From a virus (lineage: Duplodnaviria; Caudoviricetes), in the IMG/VR virus record IMGVR_UViG_3300036790_000109, positions 1 to 55,390 of that record: a stretch of 55,390 bases of DNA; one strand, written 5' to 3'. The notes beneath the pieces were generated by a model. It made no database searches, was not told the DNA's origin, and saw nothing but the letters and a program-made list of their open reading frames with translations. Numbering within the stretch: the first letter of the stretch is position 1; every line of letters starts with the position of its first letter. Positions 7,417-15,583 of this stretch are shown piece after piece. The translations under genes were made by a program, and so were the position numbers.

Positions 7417-8097
7417 ATGCAACGTCACACCGCCATTCTCGCTTTCATCGACCAAGTTAGTTCAGAACTTCCCCGTGGACAACGTGGTCGCGACGCGCGT
7501 GCCTTGCTGCCCTCGCGGCTTTGTAAAGGGTGCCGACAATTAGCGCCGGAGCTGGGATTTCGCGCGAAGGGGGATGCGTATTGTATTACCTGTCGTGATG
7601 CGCGCAGAGTTGTTCGTGAAAATCCAGAAATGCATCGCGCGCAGAAACTGGCTAAGGTGCGTGCGCGCGCGGCTGCCGTGCAGGCGGACCCCACTTTGCG
7701 CGTCAAGCGCAACCAGATAGCGGCAGAATCGCGCGCTCGTCAAATAGCGCGGAACCCTGAAGAATTTCGTTTTCGCCAAAAGGCAAATCGAAAACGGTGG
7801 CGGGACAGCCACCCCGGTCACAGGCAGCCATCTTCACGCATTACTCCCGCGCGCCGCACGGCGCCGCCCACCCGGCCGGCCCCCGCCGCATGTGAAGCGT
7901 GTAAGCGCGTGTTTGTTGGCACCCCGCACGCAGATCACGTGCACGGGACAGATATCTTTCGCGGGTGGCTATGCGGACAGTGCAACACTGGCATTGGGAT
8001 GCTTGGGGACAACATTGAGGGCCTGGGGCGTGCGATTGCGTACCTCGAGTGGTCGAAAGCACAAGTTCCCGTGGAAAAGCGCTGGCTGCTGGAATGA
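7417..8097 (+). CDS. Endonuclease VII-type HNH endonuclease
   Basis: CEAC...HADHVHGTDIFRGWLCGQCNTGIGMLGD. Confidence 0.85.
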   Translation: MQRHTAILAFIDQVSSELPRGQRGRDARALLPSRLCKGCRQLAPELGFRAKGDAYCITCRDARRVVRENPEMHRAQKLAKVRARAAAVQADPTLRVKRNQIAAESRARQIARNPEEFRFRQKANRKRWRDSHPGHRQPSSRITPARRTAPPTRPAPAACEACKRVFVGTPHADHVHGTDIFRGWLCGQCNTGIGMLGDNIEGLGRAIAYLEWSKAQVPVEKRWLLE

Positions 8098-8486
8098 GTT
8101 GGCCCGTAGTGCCGCAGGAACTTTTCTACTAAAACTTTTGTAAATTCATAAGCTTGGGGGCGCGCCCGTAGCGGATGTGCTTTCGCACATGGGATGATCG
8201 CGTGGGTGGGAGATTAAATCTCCTTCCACAGCCTCTGTCGCCCGGCCGCGTTACAAATGGTTGCTGCGCGTCGACAAGCCAGAACAGCCCCAACGTCTCA
8301 CCGGCAGCGGGGCACCAATTCCACCGCGTCCCGCCCCCACGGTAGCCGCTGCCCGTCTCCGACCGTCGCCCGCGCCGCCTTCTCCCGGTCCGAGCACAGT
8401 GTCTGCGGGTCCCTCGCTACCGTGGGGGAGATGGGCAGGAAGAAACCAACATCGCCGCCCAGCCCACACCGCAGACGATCTTCGGC

Positions 8487-8984
8487 ATGCCCGTCCCGCT
8501 GTGGGCGCGCCTGCACTTCGTGTGCGCCGCAGATCCGCTGTCGCGGCTGATCGCCTGGTACGGCCGCGGCGCGCAGGGCCTGAGCCACGTCGACATCGAG
8601 CTTCCCGACGGTACGCTGGTCGGTGCGCGCTCGAACGTGATCAACGGCATACCGGCCGGCTTCCAACGTCGACCGGCCAACTACGCGAAATGGATACGCG
8701 TCAGCACCGTCACCCTGCCGCTGACTGAGCTGCAGGCGATGCGCGCGTACCGCTGGGTCCGCAACACCGTTGGGGCGAAGTACGACACGGCCGCCATCCT
8801 CGGGTTCGTTGAGGGGTCGGCGCTGCACAAGCGCGGGGAGTACATCTGCTCGGCGGCCGGCACCGAGTTCCTGCGGCAGGCGGGGAAGCTCCCGACGCTG
8901 CCGATCGCGGCTTCACAGGTAACACCTGACACGCTGCAGATGATGGCGATAGCCGCCGGCGGGAAATGGGAGAACGTGAAGTGA
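8487..8984 (+). CDS. Permuted papain-like (YiiX/NlpC-P60-related) enzyme
   Basis: SHVDI...GAKYD..AILG...YICS (His before Cys). Confidence 0.7.
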   Translation: MPVPLWARLHFVCAADPLSRLIAWYGRGAQGLSHVDIELPDGTLVGARSNVINGIPAGFQRRPANYAKWIRVSTVTLPLTELQAMRAYRWVRNTVGAKYDTAAILGFVEGSALHKRGEYICSAAGTEFLRQAGKLPTLPIAASQVTPDTLQMMAIAAGGKWENVK

Positions 8985-9199
8985 TGCATCCGTCGACTTT
9001 CGAGTACCTGCAACCGACACCGGCGCAGATTGCTGCGATGGCGCGCGTCCGGGGCGCCGCGAAGGCGTACCACGACGTGTTGGATGAAGTGCTCCCCGAC
9101 GGTCCGGACAAGACTTTCGTGATTCGCACGCACCGCTCGAATGCGATGTGGGCGAACGTGGCGCTGACGCGCCAACCCGACGGCGCGCCGCGCGCATGA
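8984..9199 (+). CDS. Acb2/Tad1-like helical hairpin protein (putative cyclic nucleotide sponge)
   Basis: FEYLQPTPAQIAAMARVRGAAKAY...LPDGPDKTFVIR...AMWANVALTR resembles the family pattern. Confidence 0.6.
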   Translation: MHPSTFEYLQPTPAQIAAMARVRGAAKAYHDVLDEVLPDGPDKTFVIRTHRSNAMWANVALTRQPDGAPRA

Positions 9200-9402
9200 G
9201 TACCCGCAGCCAAGCAACCTACACCGCCTTGGGCGCCGCCGTCCTCGCGCAGTTCGCCGATGCCCACGGCGTGAAGTTATCCGCCTCGGACGCCATGACG
9301 CTGCTTTCCGGCGCGTTCATTGCACTCCACGTGGTCGGAGCCTACATCGACCGACGGTGGCCGCCGGTCCCTACTTCGCCGGTTACCCCGGCCAAATCCT
9401 GA
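9196..9402 (+). CDS. Small two-TM membrane protein (holin-like)
   Basis: Two hydrophobic segments; ATGA-coupled. Confidence 0.55.
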   Translation: MSTRSQATYTALGAAVLAQFADAHGVKLSASDAMTLLSGAFIALHVVGAYIDRRWPPVPTSPVTPAKS

Positions 9403-9416
9403 CAGGAGAAAGATCC

Positions 9417-9692
9417 ATGTCCGTACTGACCCAGCTCCTCCCCGTCCTCGCGGCGGGCGTCGAAGTCGAGGCCATTCCGGCCGTCATCACGTTCTTCAAC
9501 ACCGTGCAGGCCAATGCGAAGCTGCCGGTTGAGCTGCAGCCCGGCTCCGATGCGCTCGCCTTCGCGCAGCTCGAGCAGAACCTGCTCGTGGACGCCCCGT
9601 CGCTGATCGCGACCGAAGTCGGCACGGTCAACGCGATCGTGGTCGGCAAGCTCCAGGCGGCTCTCACGGCGGCGCAGAAGCTCGTCAAGTGA
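9417..9692 (+). CDS. Hypothetical protein
   Basis: MSVLTQLL... with AGGAG SD. Confidence 0.7.
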   Translation: MSVLTQLLPVLAAGVEVEAIPAVITFFNTVQANAKLPVELQPGSDALAFAQLEQNLLVDAPSLIATEVGTVNAIVVGKLQAALTAAQKLVK

Positions 9693-9871
9693 GCCTGGCG
9701 ACGGTACTCGCGATACTCGGGGCGGTCAACACGCTCATGGGTGTCATCAAGGATACACCGGCTGTTGCCGACGAGGTGCGTTCGCTCCTCGTGAAGGTTG
9801 AGCCGGCTGTCGACAACACGGGCCTCCGGCAAGCGTTCGACTTGCTGAAGGCCGAGGTGGAGAAGCTATGA
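9689..9871 (+). CDS. Hypothetical protein
   Basis: GTGA-coupled 60-aa ORF. Confidence 0.65.
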   Translation: MSLATVLAILGAVNTLMGVIKDTPAVADEVRSLLVKVEPAVDNTGLRQAFDLLKAEVEKL

Positions 9872-10182
9872 GCCCTGCAGCTGTTCTGATGGCGGGAGCC
9901 GGACTGGCTCTGGCCGCCAGCGTTATTAGCCTACCATCCGGCGCGGCTGCCGCGGTAGAGCCTGATGAGACAGCCGCCGAGCTGCGCACCGACGGCCCGA
10001 CGCTCGAAGAGTACGTGGCAGCCGGCTATTCGGCGGAGAATTATCCGCCCACGGGTTATGCCGAGCGCGCCGCCGAGGATTCGCCGATCGCGAAGTTGGT
10101 GGCTGCGGCGTTGGCGCCCAAGCCGCCGAAGTATGTGGAAGTCCCGGGCCACCTCGGCCCGACCGCCGTCAACGGCACCTGA
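9868..10182 (+). CDS. Hypothetical protein with hydrophobic N-terminus
   Basis: ATGA-coupled; DGPTLEEYVAAGY..NYPP.GYA motif. Confidence 0.65.
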   Translation: MSPAAVLMAGAGLALAASVISLPSGAAAAVEPDETAAELRTDGPTLEEYVAAGYSAENYPPTGYAERAAEDSPIAKLVAAALAPKPPKYVEVPGHLGPTAVNGT

Positions 10183-10232
10183 CAGAACGCGTGCCCTGCT
10201 GCTCGAGGGGCTAATTACGAGCCGCGCCCGAC

Positions 10233-10328
10233 GGATGTCGTTGGCGTTGAGATACCCGGGGGCATTGTACAGGCCACGGCCTGACCGATCCGGGGAAGAT
10301 CAAGGCGCCTGCAGCGTCAACGACATCC
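10233..10328 (+). ncRNA. Candidate structured RNA
   Basis: 17-bp closing stem 10233-10249 / 10312-10328 with two G-U pairs; internal CAGGC-CACG-GCCTG hairpin; intergenic. Confidence 0.5.
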
Positions 10329-10355
10329 AACCTATTCGTTTCCGGAGAAGTTGAC

Positions 10356-10661
10356 ATGACCCAGCCCGAGATCGTGGATATCGGTAGCGTGGCCGCGGCG
10401 AACATTGCCGCGCGCCTGAAGCTCGACGAGAAACGCGTCCCTGAGATCAAGCGCGCCATCGCGGACGAGATCAATGCGATGAGCTCGCACTTCTCGCTCG
10501 CCTTCGCTGACGTTCAGACGCAGTACGAGGCGGAAGTCGCGAAGGTGAAGTCTGCGTGGAGCTACGTGCGTTCGAAGCCGGGCATCGTCGCCGGCACGCT
10601 CGGCCTCGTGTTCCTCTTCGGTGCGGTACTGGGAGCGATCGTTGGCTTCCACATCGGATGA
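10356..10661 (+). CDS. Hypothetical protein with C-terminal TM helix
   Basis: GGAG SD; hydrophobic C-terminus. Confidence 0.75.
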   Translation: MTQPEIVDIGSVAAANIAARLKLDEKRVPEIKRAIADEINAMSSHFSLAFADVQTQYEAEVAKVKSAWSYVRSKPGIVAGTLGLVFLFGAVLGAIVGFHIG

Positions 10662-11319
10662 TACCAACTGGCTCGATGGTCCGGCGCCGGTAGTCGAAGA
10701 CGACGATTGGCTGAAGATCGAGGACCCGAACGCGAATCGGGTGCCTTCGCAGTTCCACATGCTTATCGAAGCATGCATGCCGGGGACCGAGCGCCGCATG
10801 TGCTCGTGGGGCAACTATCTCGCGTACCGCCCATACAACCCCCGCACTGACAAGGAAGTCAACCCGCGAACCAAGGAGCGGTTCAGCATGTTCATCGCAG
10901 CCGGTGAGGTGAAGCACCTCGGCACGTACGACGACGTGCAGATCTGGGAGTTCCAGAAGGGGAGCCCCTACTACCACGACGGCAACAAGGCGTACGTGGT
11001 CGGCCAGAATTACTGGGGTGATATCCGTCAAGTTGCGACGCTCGCGTGTGAGCGGAAATGGGCGGAGTATCACGACTTCCTCGAGGGCATGGCGAAGGCC
11101 ATGAAGGGCGGCAACCGTGACCCGGCCTTCGCGAAGACCATGTGGCAGGATGCTTTGAACCAGATCGCCGTCGCGATCAAACAGATGAACGGCCCGGAAG
11201 AGCGCGAGGTGAACGAAGGATTCATCGGCGTGCGCGCGAAGCGCGGGATCGCCCGCGGCGGCATCCTCGCGACGCTGAACAGCTCCGGCCTGCAGAAGGT
11301 GGAGTTCAGTGGCCGATGA
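10642..11319 (+). CDS. Hypothetical protein upstream of the terminase
   Basis: Probable TTG start at 10642 with GGGAG SD; strong codon bias. Confidence 0.75.
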   Translation: MASTSDDTNWLDGPAPVVEDDDWLKIEDPNANRVPSQFHMLIEACMPGTERRMCSWGNYLAYRPYNPRTDKEVNPRTKERFSMFIAAGEVKHLGTYDDVQIWEFQKGSPYYHDGNKAYVVGQNYWGDIRQVATLACERKWAEYHDFLEGMAKAMKGGNRDPAFAKTMWQDALNQIAVAIKQMNGPEEREVNEGFIGVRAKRGIARGGILATLNSSGLQKVEFSGR

Positions 11320-11956
11320 CAGTTGGCTTGACACGGCGAAGACTCCCGCTCAACTGCCTGCCGTAGTAGAGCTGCCGGCGACTTACCCGGAGCGCCTCGC
11401 GCTCGCGGAGCGTCTCTGGCCCGAGCTCTCGGAAAAGCAGCGCAGATTCTTGCAAGCCTGGCGGGACTGTCGGTTCAACGCCCGCGCGGCGTGCCGGCAA
11501 CTCGGTATGTCGGAGAACACCCGGCCGAACACGCAGTGGATGAAGGAGCCGGACTACGCGACCGTCGTGCAGATATGGCTTGCGAACGCTGGCGTTGCCG
11601 CGCTCGACAAGGACCGGTTGCTCGCCCGCCAGGACGACATCGTGGAGACTTTGCTCACGCCGAAGCCCGTTCTGCATCAGGGCATCGCGGTGTTTGACCC
11701 GACCCGACCCGGAGAGATTCTGAAAGAAGTCGAAGCGGGCGCCGCGAGCCGCGCGAACGAAGTGCTGATGAAGGCCGCCGGGCTGCTCAAGGACAAGGAG
11801 CTCGAAGTGAACGTCGGAGTGGTCGTGAACAACGGGCCGCCGACGCTCAACATTCAGGTACTACCTGCGCGCCCGAAGAAGGACGCCGCGCTCGAGACCG
11901 TACCGATTGACGCGAAGTTCACGGAGGTGCCCGACGATGAGTGGCTCAGCACTTAA
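11309..11956 (+). CDS. terS: Terminase small subunit
   Basis: LSEKQRRFLQAW...NARAACRQLGMS HTH-like motif; directly upstream of TerL. Confidence 0.7.
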   Translation: MADDSWLDTAKTPAQLPAVVELPATYPERLALAERLWPELSEKQRRFLQAWRDCRFNARAACRQLGMSENTRPNTQWMKEPDYATVVQIWLANAGVAALDKDRLLARQDDIVETLLTPKPVLHQGIAVFDPTRPGEILKEVEAGAASRANEVLMKAAGLLKDKELEVNVGVVVNNGPPTLNIQVLPARPKKDAALETVPIDAKFTEVPDDEWLST

Positions 11957-13562
11957 TCCGCTCGGGCCGGTTGCCGGCGCTTACTGCCTCGACAACCACG
12001 AAGTCGCTGTCATCATGGGGCCGTTCGCTTCGGCGAAAACAACGGCTTCGATGTTGCGCATCGCTCGGCATGCGTGGGAGCAGCAGCCGTGGGGAGGCGT
12101 TGCACGCACCCGGTTCGCGATCGTACGTAACACCGGCCCGCAGCTGTACGACACGACAATGAAGTCGTTCTTTAAGCTGTTCCCCACCGACAACAAGTGG
12201 CGGAAGTGGACTTCGACGCAGAAAACCGCGACATGGAAGTTCCCGATAGGCAAGGACAGGGACGGGAAGTCCGTGATGTTGCATTCGGAGTTCATGTTCC
12301 GAGCGCTCGATGATCCGGATGACGTGGCGAACCTGCTGTCGCTCGAGGTGACGGGGTTCTACTTCAACGAGTTCCGCGAGATCGAGACCGACATCTTCGT
12401 GAACGCCCGCGGCCGGTACGGTCGTTTCCCGGGCGCCGACATGGGCGGTTGCACGTGGCAGGGCGCCATCGGGGACACGAACCCGTGGGCGTTCACGCAC
12501 GACTACCACGACATGTTCGTGGTCGACAAGCGGCCGGGTTTCGAGTTCTTCCATCAGCCAGGCGGGCTCGATGAGGGTGCCGAGAACCTCGAGAACCTGA
12601 ACCAGACGCGGGAGTCTATCACATGGCCCATAGACGATCCGCGGCGCAGGGAGCTTGGGCGAACGTATTACTCGCGCTTGCTCGATACGTACAAGAAGCA
12701 CGATGCGGACATGTATGTACATTCCAAATACGGAGTGTCTCGTGCAGGGAAGCCGGTATACGAATCGTACAACGACAACACGCACTGCAGGACGTTCGAG
12801 CTCCTCAAGGCGAAGGTCAAGGGTGTTGAGTGTACGCCGCTCCTGATCGGCTACGACAACACGGGGCGGACGCCCGCGGCGATCATCGCGCAGAAGACCG
12901 CCAACGGGCAGTGGCGCCGTAGGTACGAGTTCATCGGCGAGGGCATGGGGATGAAGGCGCACGCCAAGGCGCTTCACCAGTTCCTCGCGGAGAAGGTTCC
13001 CGACTACCACATCGAGAAGATCACGTGCGACCCCGCCGGCCAGGCGAAGGGCGCAGACGATCTCGACATGCGGATGGTCGTGCAACGTGAGTTCCCGGGC
13101 GTGATGGTGATCAACGCGCGCACGAACGACATCTCGACGCGCATCGACGCCGTAGACGGCGCGCTGCGGCGGATGGTCAACGGCGAGCCGGCTTCGATCA
13201 TTCACCCCGACTGCAAGATCCTGCGGACGGCGTACCTGACGAAGTACCAGTACCGGAAGTTGAAGTTGGCGGGCGAGGAACGCTACACGGAGGAGCCAGA
13301 CAAGAGCGCAAAGCCGTACGACGACATCGCGAACGCCGACCAGTATCTGATGTTGGGCGGCGGGGAAGGGCGGGTCAACTCGGACGGCACGGGCAAGGAG
13401 ATGTGGGGCAAAGGACAGTCGATAACGCCGGTGGCCCAGAGCGATGCGCGCAATGTCGGGAAGGATCCCCGCAAATGGAAAGGCGAGCCGATTGCGCCGG
13501 GCCGCCCGGGTTTCAAAACCAACTTCGACCCACGCAGCGGGAGCGTTTTCAATGAGAGATGA
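11937..13562 (+). CDS. terL: Terminase large subunit
   Basis: Walker A-like MGPFASAKT, FAIVRNT..QL.DTT, LLSLEVTG, DTNP, nuclease IGYD, CDPAG, DDIANADQY. Confidence 0.92.
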   Translation: MSGSALNPLGPVAGAYCLDNHEVAVIMGPFASAKTTASMLRIARHAWEQQPWGGVARTRFAIVRNTGPQLYDTTMKSFFKLFPTDNKWRKWTSTQKTATWKFPIGKDRDGKSVMLHSEFMFRALDDPDDVANLLSLEVTGFYFNEFREIETDIFVNARGRYGRFPGADMGGCTWQGAIGDTNPWAFTHDYHDMFVVDKRPGFEFFHQPGGLDEGAENLENLNQTRESITWPIDDPRRRELGRTYYSRLLDTYKKHDADMYVHSKYGVSRAGKPVYESYNDNTHCRTFELLKAKVKGVECTPLLIGYDNTGRTPAAIIAQKTANGQWRRRYEFIGEGMGMKAHAKALHQFLAEKVPDYHIEKITCDPAGQAKGADDLDMRMVVQREFPGVMVINARTNDISTRIDAVDGALRRMVNGEPASIIHPDCKILRTAYLTKYQYRKLKLAGEERYTEEPDKSAKPYDDIANADQYLMLGGGEGRVNSDGTGKEMWGKGQSITPVAQSDARNVGKDPRKWKGEPIAPGRPGFKTNFDPRSGSVFNER

Positions 13563-13577
13563 GAAGGGCGGCTGGTA

Positions 13578-14243
13578 GTGAGTTTGCTCGACACAGCCGC
13601 GCACGACAGCATCCTTGACCGCGCTCCCGCGAACAAGGTGCAGGGCTGCATCTACCTCATGCGTCACGGACAGACGGCGCTCGATGTCGAGCACCGCTCG
13701 GACGGGCACCTCGACTTCCCGCTGAGTGACGAGGGTCGGATCGGGCTGATGGCGGCACAGCAGCATCTGAAGACGGTGCCTCTGACGCACATCTACACGC
13801 CCGACCTGAAGCGCACGCACGAGACCGCGCATATCGTCTCCTCCGGCGCGCTCTCCGCACCGAAGATCGTGACAACGGACGATGCGCGCACATGGAACTT
13901 GGGCGTGCTCGCCGGCACCAAGAAGCGCTACGGGCGTCCCGAGGTGCAGAAGCTCATCGACAGTCCGGGGACCGCGCCGCTCGGCGGCGAATCGTTCACC
14001 GGGTTCCAGAGCCGCTTCCTGCCGTGGTTCCAGAAGACCGCGGCGAAGGCGGTGTCGACCGGCAAGCCCGTGTTGATCGTCTGCTCCGGCTCGAATCTGC
14101 GGTGCCTCGGCCAGGTGTTGTTCGGCGATCCTGACGCCATTGATCTTGACGAGGGCGGCCTCGCTGTCTTGCGCTACGCCGCCGGCCGCTGGCACGAAGA
14201 GGTTCTCTTTGGTGCCGAGGGCGCGAGCCAGCATGTCAGCTGA
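13578..14243 (+). CDS. Histidine phosphatase family protein
   Basis: YLMRHGQT, PLSDEG, DLKRTHETA, GGES. Confidence 0.88.
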   Translation: MSLLDTAAHDSILDRAPANKVQGCIYLMRHGQTALDVEHRSDGHLDFPLSDEGRIGLMAAQQHLKTVPLTHIYTPDLKRTHETAHIVSSGALSAPKIVTTDDARTWNLGVLAGTKKRYGRPEVQKLIDSPGTAPLGGESFTGFQSRFLPWFQKTAAKAVSTGKPVLIVCSGSNLRCLGQVLFGDPDAIDLDEGGLAVLRYAAGRWHEEVLFGAEGASQHVS

Positions 14244-14679
14244 GCAGCTGTCGCTGCTCGACACGGCAGGGATGAAGGTGCGGGATTGGTACCTCGTGTA
14301 CCACCCGCGAGTGCCGTGGTTCAAGTGGATGCGACACTTGAAGCAGGGCTTCCGGCACGTCGAGCTCGCACGCCCCGTGCGCTACGGCCCGGGCTTCAAC
14401 GAAGTCGTGTGGCTACATGTGCTTCCTACGATCGAAACGTTGGATGCCGAAATCGCTTTCGATTCGACGCCCCCGTGGGAGCGGTGCCCCAACTCGGTAG
14501 TTCAGCGCGTTCGCGTGAGCCGCCCTGAGGGGCGCATCTACAAGTGGTTTCACTTCGGCCCGGTGTCTTGTGTCGAGATTGCGAAGTACGCGCTCGGCAT
14601 AAACAGCTGGCGGATATGGACGCCCTGGCAACTTTATAACTTCATTCAACGGCGCGGTGGCGTCATAGTGGGAAAGTAA
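14233..14679 (+). CDS. Conserved phage protein, papain-like His...Cys arrangement
   Basis: LKQGFRHV...SCVEIAKYALGI...WTPWQLY. Confidence 0.65.
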   Translation: MSAEQLSLLDTAGMKVRDWYLVYHPRVPWFKWMRHLKQGFRHVELARPVRYGPGFNEVVWLHVLPTIETLDAEIAFDSTPPWERCPNSVVQRVRVSRPEGRIYKWFHFGPVSCVEIAKYALGINSWRIWTPWQLYNFIQRRGGVIVGK

Positions 14680-15402
14680 ATGGGTGGCAGCGGCGGTTCA
14701 GGTCCAACTCTTCAACAGCAAGAGCTGCAGACAGAGCAGGCGATGACCAACGCCAATCTGAATCTGGAAGAGAACGATCAGCGCAAGACCATGCTGAACG
14801 CCATGCAAGGGACGCGCGTGTTTCGCGGCTCGGCGCTTTCTCGCGCTGTACGGGGGAACAACAATACAGGCAGTTCTCAGGGCAACGGCATCAGCAAGGC
14901 CCAGGTGACAGGCTATTCCGCACCCCCGGTGGTGAGCGCTTCGCAGAGCCTACTCAGCCAGACGCAGAGCGGGAACACGACTGCAAACCCGGCCGCGAGC
15001 AACACCGCGGCCACCCGGTTTGGCGGCGGGTCGTCTTCGCTCCCGAGCGGCGCGAATTGCTTCTCGGGCGGTACTCGAGTGTTGACGGCCGAAGGGTTCC
15101 GACGCTTCGATGAACTGCCTGCGATCGTGGAAATTATCAACCACACCGGTCGCCATACGGCCGAGCTTCTGGTGCACGAAGGCTCGACGGAGCCGATGCG
15201 CGTTATGGGGGCGGATCTGGTCACGGAAACCCACCCCATCAGGGTAGGCGACGGCTGGGTTGACGCGAAACTCATATTCGCGGTGGAAGCGCCTGTCGAG
15301 CCGCGCACCGTCTACAACTTGCATGTGTTGGGAAGCGAGCAAGACGCGCACTACCTGCTCGCCAACGGCCTGACCGCGCACAACAAGATCATGGGGACTT
15401 GA
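14680..15402 (+). CDS. Putative virion protein (pre-portal position) with C-terminal Hint/BIL domain
   Basis: MGGSGG...low-complexity N-terminus; CFSGGTRV (15058), TETHP, VYNL, HN (15379-15384), then KIMGT. Confidence 0.8.
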   Translation: MGGSGGSGPTLQQQELQTEQAMTNANLNLEENDQRKTMLNAMQGTRVFRGSALSRAVRGNNNTGSSQGNGISKAQVTGYSAPPVVSASQSLLSQTQSGNTTANPAASNTAATRFGGGSSSLPSGANCFSGGTRVLTAEGFRRFDELPAIVEIINHTGRHTAELLVHEGSTEPMRVMGADLVTETHPIRVGDGWVDAKLIFAVEAPVEPRTVYNLHVLGSEQDAHYLLANGLTAHNKIMGT

Positions 15403-15403
15403 G

Positions 15404-15580
15404 ATGGCGATCCACATCAATCCAGCCCACAAGGGCCGATTCACCAAGAAAGTCACCGGCAGCAAGAACGGGAAGCTGACAGACAAGGGTGTCGAGAAGG
15501 GGCTGCATTCGAAGAGTGGCATCGAGCGCAAAGAGGCGAACTTCGCGCGCATGGCGCGCCGGCACTTCAAGCCGCTGTAG
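15404..15580 (+). CDS. Small basic protein (58 aa)
   Basis: Manual translation MAIHINPAHKGRFTKK...ERKEANFARMARRHFKPL. Confidence 0.7.
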   Translation: MAIHINPAHKGRFTKKVTGSKNGKLTDKGVEKGLHSKSGIERKEANFARMARRHFKPL

Positions 15581-15583
15581 CCT

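Noticed and set aside
8255-8320. tRNA-like element (GCCCC/GGGGC stem followed by ACCA at 8287-8317)
   Set aside because: Only a 5-bp stem, with no D, anticodon or T arms. The 8100-8486 gap stays unexplained, but support is insufficient.
11946-14324. Long antisense ORFs (792 aa here; also 30875-32188, 34444-36108, 42874-44007)
   Set aside because: Mirror frames of well-supported genes in GC-rich DNA with strong codon bias; no motifs.
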